Positions 1 to 7,946 of a stretch of DNA of 37,186 nt are shown here, one piece after another. The number at the start of each line of letters is the position of its first letter. Position 1 is the first letter of the stretch. The notes beneath the pieces were generated by a model. It made no database searches. It was not told where the DNA came from and saw nothing but the letters and a program-made list of their open reading frames with translations. Origin of the DNA: Opitutales bacterium. Lineage in GTDB: Bacteria; Verrucomicrobiota; Verrucomicrobiia; Opitutales; UBA953. Made by a program: the position numbers and the translations under genes. The stretch covers positions 83,854-121,039 of the forward strand of contig JBBAUX010000006.1 of the NCBI GenBank assembly GCA_040398005.1, given 5' to 3'.

Positions 1-311
1 AAGCTACCACCGACGAAAGCCTTGAAACCAAAGCGCCAGAGTGATTGGGGAGCGTGTTCACGGGAACTTCCGCAACCGAAGTTGAATCCGACCACCATGA
101 TGCTGGATTTCTTAGCTTGGTCAGAGTTCATCGGGTGAGGACGATCAACGCCATCAGGGCCCGTGCGTTCATCGCGGAAGGCGTGTTCGCCGAGACCATC
201 AAAAGTCACACAACGCAAGAAGCGTGCGGGAATAATGCGGTCGGTGTCGATGTCATCGCCAGGAACAGCGAGAGCGAGACCTTTAACTTGGGTGATTTTT
301 GCGAGCGACAT
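1..311 (-). CDS. leuD: 3-isopropylmalate dehydratase small subunit (3' end runs off the window; absent from the ORF track)
   Basis: Manual translation from ATG at 311 gives MSLAKITQVKGLALAVPGDDIDTDRIIPARFLRCVTFDGLG...NFGCGSSREHAPQSL, with the DIDTDxIIP and NFGCGSSREHA LeuD motifs. Lies downstream of leuC. Confidence 0.97.
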   Translation of the reverse strand, partial: MSLAKITQVKGLALAVPGDDIDTDRIIPARFLRCVTFDGLGEHAFRDERTGPDGVDRPHPMNSDQAKKSSIMVVGFNFGCGSSREHAPQSLWRFGFKAFVGGS

Positions 312-317
312 ACGATT

Positions 318-638
318 TTAAGAAAGTGAAGGAGTGAGTTTAGAAACTTCCTGCCAACCATCAGTGTGGATGACACAAAGAGGGATGAGTAAAGCAGAGG
401 CTAGAGATTCTGCGCGTTGCATCGCGATGGATGGAGAAATTTTTGCGTCCATCCACTGCACGGCGACACCATCAATGATATAATCAATAACCACCGGGCA
501 AACAGGCTTGCCGTCGAAATGCGCATCCACCGTCACCATGGTTTTAATATCCACGCGTTCAATTTGTGCAGATAATAAAATCGATTCACCGCTGATAGCG
601 CGATCGAGTACGCGAGCGACTGTTGATTTAATCGGCAT
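318..638 (-). CDS. Hypothetical 106-aa protein between leuC and leuD; possible degenerate GxxExxY / PD-(D/E)xK-fold protein
   Basis: ATG overlaps the leuC stop (TAATG) and the ORF ends 6 nt before the leuD ATG, so it fills the gap exactly. VTVDAHFDGKPVCPVVIDYIIDGVAVQW resembles the GxxExxY core by eye. Confidence 0.7.
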   Translation of the reverse strand: MPIKSTVARVLDRAISGESILLSAQIERVDIKTMVTVDAHFDGKPVCPVVIDYIIDGVAVQWMDAKISPSIAMQRAESLASALLIPLCVIHTDGWQEVSKLTPSLS

Positions 639-2044
639 TAAACTTTGAATACTTCGCGAGCGTCGGTGACTTCTCCGGTAATGGCAGCAGCGGCAACCAT
701 GAGAGGACTCATTAAAACCGTACGACCAGTTTGAGAACCTTGACGGCCTTTGAAATTACGATTGGAGGAACTAGCGCAAAGTTGATCGCCTACTAATTTA
801 TCAGGGTTCATCGCGAGACACATCGAGCAACCTGCACCGCGCCATTCAAAGCCTGCGTCGGTGAAGATTTTATCGAGACCTTCTTTTTGTGCCTGAATGG
901 AAGTGAGCATCGAACCAGGAACGACAATCGCCTTCACGCTCGATTTAACTTTGTGACCCTTGAGGTATTTAGCGACTTCACGGAGGTCAGAGATTCGTCC
1001 GTTGGTACAGGAACCTAAGAATGCGACGTCAATCTTCGTACCCTTGATTGGGGTATTCGGAGTGAGCTTCATGTGCTTGTAAGCATCTTCTGCGGTCAGA
1101 CGATCAGCGGCGTTAAGTGTTTCCAACGCAGGCATTTTTTCGTCGATGAAAATCGCTTGGCCTGGAGTGATACCCCAGGTGACGGTTGGACGAATATCTT
1201 CGGCCTGATAAACTTTAATGTCGTCGTATTTACATCCTGGATCCGAAGCGAAAGATTTCCAGCGAGCGACGGAAGCATCCCAATCAGCGGCTTTAGGGGC
1301 GAAAGGACGGCCCTTGATGTATTCGCAAGTTTTGTCGTCGGGATTAACATAACCACAACGTGCACCACCTTCGATGGACATGTTACAAACCGTCATACGT
1401 TCCTCGAGCGAGAAGTTATCAAAAGTCGAACCAGCGTATTCGTAAGCAAAACCAATACCACCGTTCACACCGAGATCACGGATGATGTGGAGAATCACGT
1501 CTTTCGCGTAAACACCGGGTTTTAATTTTCCGTTCACTTCGATGCGACGAACTTTGAGCGGGTTGAGTGCTAAAGTTTGTGTCGCGAGAACGTCGCGAAC
1601 TTGTGTGGTGCCGATACCGAAAGCGATCGCACCGAAAGCGCCGTGCGTTGCTGTGTGTGAGTCACCGCAAGCGATGGTCGTTCCAGGTTGGGTGATACCT
1701 TGTTCAGGACCTACCATGTGCACGATACCTTGCTGACCGGTGTTTGTATCAAAAAAGCGGATACCGTAGTCTTTGGTATTTTTGCGCAGAGCTTCGATCA
1801 TCTCTTGAGCGATCGGATCCGAGTAAGGCTCTTTGATTTCGTTAGTCGGCACAATGTGGTCGACTGTGGCAAAAGTGCGATGCGGGTACTTCACTTGGAG
1901 ACCCAAGTCGCGAAGCATGCCGAAGGCCTGCGGGCTGGTCACCTCGTGAATCAGGTGGGTACCGATAAAGAGTTGGGTTTGGCCGTTTGGTAGCTGCGTC
2001 ACAGCGTGCGCATCCCAGACTTTTTGGAACAATGTCTTTGCCAT
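638..2044 (-). CDS. leuC: 3-isopropylmalate dehydratase large subunit
   Basis: [34 protein letters not shown] and [11 protein letters not shown] aconitase/LeuC motifs. Confidence 0.98.
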   Translation of the reverse strand: MAKTLFQKVWDAHAVTQLPNGQTQLFIGTHLIHEVTSPQAFGMLRDLGLQVKYPHRTFATVDHIVPTNEIKEPYSDPIAQEMIEALRKNTKDYGIRFFDTNTGQQGIVHMVGPEQGITQPGTTIACGDSHTATHGAFGAIAFGIGTTQVRDVLATQTLALNPLKVRRIEVNGKLKPGVYAKDVILHIIRDLGVNGGIGFAYEYAGSTFDNFSLEERMTVCNMSIEGGARCGYVNPDDKTCEYIKGRPFAPKAADWDASVARWKSFASDPGCKYDDIKVYQAEDIRPTVTWGITPGQAIFIDEKMPALETLNAADRLTAEDAYKHMKLTPNTPIKGTKIDVAFLGSCTNGRISDLREVAKYLKGHKVKSSVKAIVVPGSMLTSIQAQKEGLDKIFTDAGFEWRGAGCSMCLAMNPDKLVGDQLCASSSNRNFKGRQGSQTGRTVLMSPLMVAAAAITGEVTDAREVFKV

Positions 2045-2109
2045 CTTGAGTAGAGTGAAGGTTCAACGTAGGAACGGAGGCAAGTTGGTCAATCCCCTAG
2101 CATTCAGAT

Positions 2110-2144
2110 TTTTGCCAAAGATTGTCCCGATTTTGCCAAAATTG
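2110..2144. promoter_or_regulatory. Tandem repeat / palindrome, candidate operator between divergent leuC and purU
   Basis: TTTTGCCAAAGATTG (2110) and TTTTGCCAAAATTG (2131) are 21 bp apart. ATTTTG-C-CAAAAT (2130-2142) is palindromic. Confidence 0.4.
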
Positions 2145-2200
2145 GGCACTCCCCACCCCTAATACTTGACCCTTCCGCCCCCAACCATTCTCCTACGCGC

Positions 2201-3055
2201 ATGACCCGAACGTTAACCCTCAGTTTTTCCTGTCCCGATACCACCGGTATCGTGGCCGAGGTGTCTACGTTTATTGCAAAGCATAAAGGCTGGATCACGG
2301 AGGCGAGTCAGCACACCGAAAATGAACTTTCACAATTCTTCATGCGGGTGGAAATCAAGGCCGACTCCTTAGACTTCCCGCCTGAAGAATTTAACGTCCG
2401 CTTCCAGCCCATTGCCCAGAAATTCAAAATGGATGCAAAAGTGTCCGACTCCGCCAAAGCAAAACGCGTCGTCATTCTTTGCTCCAAACAAGAACATTGC
2501 TTGTACGATTTATTAGCACGCTACGTGGCTCAAGATTTCGCTTTTGTTATTCCCTGTGTGATTTCAAATCACGAGAACCACCGAAAAATCGTGGAGGCAC
2601 ATGGTTTAACTTTTCATTACGTACCGGTAACACCTGAAAACAAAAACGCGGCGTACCGAAAGATGGAAGAAATTTTCCGTAAAGAAAATGCAGACTTAAT
2701 TGTCCTCGCACGCTACATGCAGGTTTTAGACGATTCGCTTTGTCGCTCCTTCGCTGGAAAAATTTTAAACATCCATCACTCCTTCCTTCCCTCTTTTGCG
2801 GGTGCAAAGCCTTATCACCAGGCGCACAGCAAAGGTGTTAAGCTGATTGGTGCGACCTGTCACTTTGTGACGCCTGAGCTGGATGAAGGTCCGATTGTGG
2901 AGCAGGATGTCATCCGCGTGGATCACTCGGAAAGCCCCGAGGATATGGCCCATTTAGGTAAGGATATCGAAAAAGTCGTACTCGCCCGTGGCCTGCGTGC
3001 CGTGGTCGAAGACCGGGTTCTTATCGCGGGCACCAAGACGGTTGTTTTCCGATAA
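2201..3055 (+). CDS. purU: Formyltetrahydrofolate deformylase
   Basis: N-terminal ACT domain (SCPDTTGIVA) plus VLARYMQ, NIHHSFLPSFAGAKPYHQA and GVKLIGATCHFVT motifs. Confidence 0.97.
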   Translation: MTRTLTLSFSCPDTTGIVAEVSTFIAKHKGWITEASQHTENELSQFFMRVEIKADSLDFPPEEFNVRFQPIAQKFKMDAKVSDSAKAKRVVILCSKQEHCLYDLLARYVAQDFAFVIPCVISNHENHRKIVEAHGLTFHYVPVTPENKNAAYRKMEEIFRKENADLIVLARYMQVLDDSLCRSFAGKILNIHHSFLPSFAGAKPYHQAHSKGVKLIGATCHFVTPELDEGPIVEQDVIRVDHSESPEDMAHLGKDIEKVVLARGLRAVVEDRVLIAGTKTVVFR

Positions 3056-3149
3056 AACTGGCGGTTAGTCCCTAAAGTCAAAGGACCGGAGATTATTCCT
3101 TCTGCCTCGCACTTTTGTATTTCATAGTCTAATTATGGTTTAATTTAAG

Positions 3150-4193
3150 ATGTCACTCATATCCAAACTTTCTGCTCGTTTACAAAATCACCCCAAGCGC
3201 GTTGTTTTCGCCGAAGGAGAAGATCCTCGGATCATTCAAGCGGCTCGCCAATTTGCCACCAAGAAACTGGGGGTTCCGATTTTACTCGGTGATCGTCAGA
3301 GAATTAAAATCGCCGCCGCGCGTCTGAATATTAATTTAGATGGCATTCGGATCATTGAACCTGAACGCAGTGATGAATTAAAAAGTTTTGCTGAAAAACT
3401 CGCCTCCATCCAAAAATACGGAAACACGCAGCTTCAAGGAAACCCCGAAGAATTGGCTAAATTGCGTAATTACTTTGCCTGCTTGATGGTCGCGACCGCG
3501 GGTGCCGATGCTTTGATTTCTGGTGCAACGCAACACGCTTCATCAGGCTTAAGAACTATTTTACAAGTCATGCCACGTCAGCATGGCGTGGAAACAGTTT
3601 CATCGATGCTCATTCTTGAATCTGAAGAAGCACGCTTTGGTTGCGAAGGTGTTTTATTCTTAGCGGATTGTGGTGTGATTCCTGAACCTACTGCAGAACA
3701 GATGGCGGATATCGCCGTAACAACCGCTGCTTTAGCCGGTCACCTCACCAATACTTTACCGAAAGTTGCTATGCTCGCCTACTCAACGCATTCCGAGAAT
3801 GCTCGTTTAGCTTCAGTACAAAAAGTTCAGTCAGCGACGAAGTTAGCCAAGATTCTGGCCAGAGATTTGGGAATTAATGCGGATATCGATGGCGAACTCC
3901 AGGCAGACGCCGCGATTAATCCCTTTGCCGCACTGTCTAAAGGCGTCACAGGTAGCGTAGCTGGTAAAGCGAGTGTGCTCGTCTTCCCTGATTTAAACTC
4001 TGGTAACATCGCCTCCAAGATGGCGCAATTTATTGCCAATATTCCAGCGTATGGTCAGATTTTAACCGGTCTGGATCGCCCAGCCGCGGAAATTTCTCGG
4101 GGCGCCAGTGCGCATGATATTTTCGGTACCGCCGTGATTGTGGCAGCACAAGCGGTAGATAAATTATTCCTGTATCCTAAATTAAAAGACTAA
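3150..4193 (+). CDS. pta: Phosphate acetyl/acyltransferase, catalytic PTA_PTB domain only
   Basis: RVVFAEGED, ADCGVIPEP, DGELQADAA, LVFPDLNSGNI and ISRGASAHDI motifs. Confidence 0.88.
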   Translation: MSLISKLSARLQNHPKRVVFAEGEDPRIIQAARQFATKKLGVPILLGDRQRIKIAAARLNINLDGIRIIEPERSDELKSFAEKLASIQKYGNTQLQGNPEELAKLRNYFACLMVATAGADALISGATQHASSGLRTILQVMPRQHGVETVSSMLILESEEARFGCEGVLFLADCGVIPEPTAEQMADIAVTTAALAGHLTNTLPKVAMLAYSTHSENARLASVQKVQSATKLAKILARDLGINADIDGELQADAAINPFAALSKGVTGSVAGKASVLVFPDLNSGNIASKMAQFIANIPAYGQILTGLDRPAAEISRGASAHDIFGTAVIVAAQAVDKLFLYPKLKD

Positions 4194-4205
4194 GCAGGTT
4201 GCACT

Positions 4206-5357
4206 ATGGCTTCAACCAAACGCTTCGCTGATAATATTCCGGGCTTATTCAGCAGCCCCATGAATAAAGAAACCAGCCGTATCTTTGTGGCGGCGACGCG
4301 GATGAATGATGGAAAGACTACGACCTGTTTAGGTTTAACTGCGGCCCTGCAAACGATGGGTCTGAATGTTGGATATATTAAACCGATTGCACAACGCATT
4401 GTACAATCGGGCGACGATCAGGTGGATGAAGATACTTTACTCATCGATGGATTATTTTCTCTAGATATTCCTATCTCGGCGATGTCGCCTGTGGCGATTG
4501 GACCCGAGTTCACTAAAAACTATTTAGAAAATCCGAACGAGATTGGACCTCAGTTAAAAGACCGAATCTGTCGGGCCTTCGACCGTGCCGCTTACGGGAA
4601 GGATATTATTGTGGTGGAAGGTTCCGGACACGCAGGTGTCGGTTCGGTATTCGGTGCGTCCAATGCTGATAACGCTAAGGTGTTAGGCTCTAAGGCTCTG
4701 ATAGTGGCAGCGGGCGGGATTGGTAAACCGATCGATGAAATCGCTTTAAATAAGGCACTTTTTGACCAATCAGGCGTCGAAGTGGTCGGCGTCATTTTAA
4801 ATAAAGTTTTACCCGATAAAATTGATTTCATTCGCGACTTCGCCAGCCGTGGATTGAAAAAATTAGGCATACCTTTAATTGGAGTCGTCCCCCTGCAAGA
4901 AACTTTAGTTTATCCGAATCTTGATCAGGTAGCCGAAGAAACTAAAGCGCGGTGGATTCACCAGCCCGCGGGATTACGTCGAGTACGTCGCGTGGTGATT
5001 GGGGCGATGTCAGCTCGCCGTGCCGCTGAATATTTCCGGGTCAATGGTACGCTCGTCATTGTTCCAGGAGATCGTGAAGACCTACTAGAAGCTTTCATCG
5101 AAGGTGGCGGTGCTAAATCCTTATCAGGAATTATTTTATCGAATGGTTTACTGCCAAACGATGCCCTCATGAAAAAATTGACTGATGCGGGCATCCCTGT
5201 CGCAGCTGTCGAAGCCGAGTCTTTTGCGGTGACCGCACGTATTAATAATATGACCGTGAAAACCATGCGTCAGGACTCTGATAAGATTCCCATTATTGAG
5301 AAAATGATTCGCGAGTCCGTTGATATCCCTGCCCTGCTCAAATCAATCAAGAAGTAG
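4206..5357 (+). CDS. Stand-alone BioD-like P-loop (AAA_26) + DRTGG protein, homologous to the N-terminal regulatory part of class II Pta (alternative start 4260)
   Basis: ATRMNDGKTT P-loop, GYIKPI, VVEGSGH, VILNKV, VIGAM and VPGDREDL motifs. Lies directly downstream of pta. Confidence 0.85.
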   Translation: MASTKRFADNIPGLFSSPMNKETSRIFVAATRMNDGKTTTCLGLTAALQTMGLNVGYIKPIAQRIVQSGDDQVDEDTLLIDGLFSLDIPISAMSPVAIGPEFTKNYLENPNEIGPQLKDRICRAFDRAAYGKDIIVVEGSGHAGVGSVFGASNADNAKVLGSKALIVAAGGIGKPIDEIALNKALFDQSGVEVVGVILNKVLPDKIDFIRDFASRGLKKLGIPLIGVVPLQETLVYPNLDQVAEETKARWIHQPAGLRRVRRVVIGAMSARRAAEYFRVNGTLVIVPGDREDLLEAFIEGGGAKSLSGIILSNGLLPNDALMKKLTDAGIPVAAVEAESFAVTARINNMTVKTMRQDSDKIPIIEKMIRESVDIPALLKSIKK

Positions 5358-5438
5358 TCGATCGCTGGTAGGTTTTACTCAATAAATACCCTATTAATCA
5401 TCACTTGTCGCGGGTGAGTCGTTTTGGTTCTTGGGAGC

Positions 5439-6965
5439 ATGTTTGCATCCCTTCATTCAGCTGCACTGGTCGGTGTTGAAGCGGTGCCTGTTGAGGTGGA
5501 AGTGAATACAGGTGAGGTCGGTGATTTAAGGTTAGAAATCGTGGGTCTGCCCGACAAAGGTGTGAAGGAATCGGAAGACCGTGTTCTCTCGGCATTACAA
5601 AATACTGGCCTTCGGGGATATGAGACTAAGACCACCATTAATTTAGCGCCGGGTGATTTACGTAAAGAAGGTTCGATGTATGATTTACCGATTGCGATCG
5701 GGATGGCAGCGGCGACGGGGCAAATTAGTAAAGATAAGTTATCCGACTATTTAATTGCTGGCGAATTAGGTCTGAGTGGCGGAACCAGGGCGGTCAAAGG
5801 TGGAGTGGCTATTGCCCTACTCGCCAAAAAATTAAAATTAAAAGGTGTCATTTTACCCAGAGCTTCGGCGGAAGAAGCGGCGTTGGTGAAAGGCGTCGAA
5901 GCGGTGGCGGTAGATTCGCTCGATGCTGCCTTACGATTTTTATCGAACGATCCGAAGTTTCAGCCACTCCCACCGAGAGATGAAGATTTGTTATTAGCCA
6001 CGGATGAAGGAGAGCCCGATTTTTCGGAGGTGAAAGGACAAATTAAAGTGCGGCGAGCGGTCGAAGTCGCGGCGGCGGGCGGGCATAATATCATCATTTT
6101 AGGCCCTCCAGGCTCAGGGAAATCGCTTATCGCGAAACGACTTCCTTCGATTTTACCTACGCCCAATGCCGATGAATATATTCAAATTTTATCCGTACAT
6201 TCGGCGGCTGGTTTAGCTTTTCAGGATAAGAATCGTAAATGGCGGCGGCCGTTCAGATCTCCGCATCATACGATTAGCGACATAGGATTAATCGGCGGTG
6301 GCAGTATTCCTGGACCCGGAGAAGTCTCACTCGCACATCTGGGCGTATTATTTCTGGATGAGTTACCGGAGTTTCGTCGCTCAGCACTCGAAGTACTTCG
6401 TCAACCCCTCGAAGATGGCTGTGTGACCGTTTCGCGGGCGGCAGCGAAAGTAACCCTACCCGCCCGATTTATGTTAGTGGCAGCGATGAATCCCTGTCCC
6501 TGTGGGCATTTAGGAGATCGCCAGAAGGAGTGTCGATGTTCTCAAGTTCACATTCAACGCTATCGAGCAAAAATATCGGGCCCGCTGTTAGATCGGATTG
6601 ACATTCAAATTGAAGCACCAGCGCTTTCGATTGAAGAGCTCAGAAATACTCAACCCGGTGAAGCGTCGAAAGAAATTCGTCAACGCATTGAAGTGGCGAG
6701 AGGCATTCAGAGAAAAAGATTTCAAGATCAGCCCTATGCCTGCAATGCCCTGCTGTCGGGCAAAGGCTTACGAGATAACTGTGTATTAGATCGTGCCCAA
6801 GGAGATTTATTACAACAGGCCATGGAGAAATTATCACTGTCGGCACGAGCTTATGACCGCATTTTAAGGGTGTCGCGGACGATTGCGGATTTAGCCGGTA
6901 CGGAACAAATTGCGACGTCACATTTACTTGAGGCGATTCATTATCGCTCGCTGGATCGACGATAA
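5439..6965 (+). CDS. comM: YifB/ComM Mg-chelatase-like AAA+ ATPase
   Basis: [53 protein letters not shown] and [18 protein letters not shown] motifs. ATG 5439 preferred over TTG 5424. Confidence 0.95.
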   Translation: MFASLHSAALVGVEAVPVEVEVNTGEVGDLRLEIVGLPDKGVKESEDRVLSALQNTGLRGYETKTTINLAPGDLRKEGSMYDLPIAIGMAAATGQISKDKLSDYLIAGELGLSGGTRAVKGGVAIALLAKKLKLKGVILPRASAEEAALVKGVEAVAVDSLDAALRFLSNDPKFQPLPPRDEDLLLATDEGEPDFSEVKGQIKVRRAVEVAAAGGHNIIILGPPGSGKSLIAKRLPSILPTPNADEYIQILSVHSAAGLAFQDKNRKWRRPFRSPHHTISDIGLIGGGSIPGPGEVSLAHLGVLFLDELPEFRRSALEVLRQPLEDGCVTVSRAAAKVTLPARFMLVAAMNPCPCGHLGDRQKECRCSQVHIQRYRAKISGPLLDRIDIQIEAPALSIEELRNTQPGEASKEIRQRIEVARGIQRKRFQDQPYACNALLSGKGLRDNCVLDRAQGDLLQQAMEKLSLSARAYDRILRVSRTIADLAGTEQIATSHLLEAIHYRSLDRR

Positions 6966-6982
6966 TTTAGGTATGCGTGGGC

Positions 6983-7012
6983 TTGCTTTTATCTACAAAA
7001 ACGAGCCATTAT
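6983..7012 (+). promoter_or_regulatory. Putative sigma70 promoter for leaderless dapF
   Basis: TTGCTT-18 nt-CATTAT-6 nt-ATG(7019). Confidence 0.5.
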
Positions 7013-7018
7013 ACCCTT

Positions 7019-7873
7019 ATGCGCTTTGCTAAGTATCATGCCCTCGGAAACGATTATTTGGTTTTAGAGCCCAAAGATTGTCCAACCCTCTTTTCGCCTG
7101 AAGTCATCCGCAAAGTTTGCCATCGTCACTACGGCTTAGGTTCAGATGGTATTCTTTATGGTCCGATTGAACGCAAGGATGGTGCTTTTGGATTACGCAT
7201 TTTAAATCCTGACGGATCCGAAGCAGAGAAATCTGGAAACGGTATTCGAATTTTCTGCCGTCATCTTTTAGAAACTTGTCGCGTTAAAGAAGGTGAAGAA
7301 TTTAAAATTCATACTCCGGGCGGTTTAGTGGGCTGTTCCGTTTTCGAAGGCGGCAATCGCATACGCGTTGAAATGGGTAAAGTCTCATTTCGCGCACCGC
7401 AGATTCCTCACGTCGGTCCTGACCGCGAAGTCTTGGGTGAAGAAATCACCGTAAAAGGTAAGACGTTTAAATATTGGGCGGCGACCGTGGGAAATCCACA
7501 CTGCGTGATTCCGGTAGACAATCTTACTGCTGATTTAGCTAAAACTTTCGGACCTGACCTAGAGTTGCACACCAATTTCCCTAATCGCACGAACGTACAA
7601 TTTTTAAAGATCTTGGATCGTAAGAATATCCAAATTGAAATTTGGGAGCGTGGTGCGGGTTACACTTTGGCGTCGGGCTCTTCCTCATCGGCCTGTGCAG
7701 CGGTAGCCTATAAAATGGGGTTAGTTGATGCTGATTTAACGGTAAATATGCCTGGAGGTAAGATTGTGATTGGCATCGGGGCCGACTACTCCATCGTGAT
7801 GACAGGTCCGACGACTCCGGTAGGCATCTATGAGATGCACCCTGGTGTAACGGACCAAGACGTCGCTTCTTAA
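7019..7873 (+). CDS. dapF: Diaminopimelate epimerase family protein, Ser/Ser active-site variant
   Basis: FAKYHALGNDY, GSDGIL, NPDGSEAEKSGNG, VGNPHCV, RTNVQF and WERGAGYTLASGS motifs. ATG 7019 fits the family N-terminus. Confidence 0.9.
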   Translation: MRFAKYHALGNDYLVLEPKDCPTLFSPEVIRKVCHRHYGLGSDGILYGPIERKDGAFGLRILNPDGSEAEKSGNGIRIFCRHLLETCRVKEGEEFKIHTPGGLVGCSVFEGGNRIRVEMGKVSFRAPQIPHVGPDREVLGEEITVKGKTFKYWAATVGNPHCVIPVDNLTADLAKTFGPDLELHTNFPNRTNVQFLKILDRKNIQIEIWERGAGYTLASGSSSSACAAVAYKMGLVDADLTVNMPGGKIVIGIGADYSIVMTGPTTPVGIYEMHPGVTDQDVAS

Positions 7874-7946
7874 GCGAAAAGTCTTTCCTCACATTCATTA
7901 TTTGATGCTTCCACACGTGAAGCATCTACCCACGTAACAACCACTA

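Noticed and set aside
45..329. 94-aa plus-strand ORF
   Set aside because: Antisense shadow of leuD, which has clear motifs on the minus strand.
2101..2144. TTGGCA on the minus strand as a sigma54 -24 element for leuC
   Set aside because: No GC at the required -12 position for either copy.
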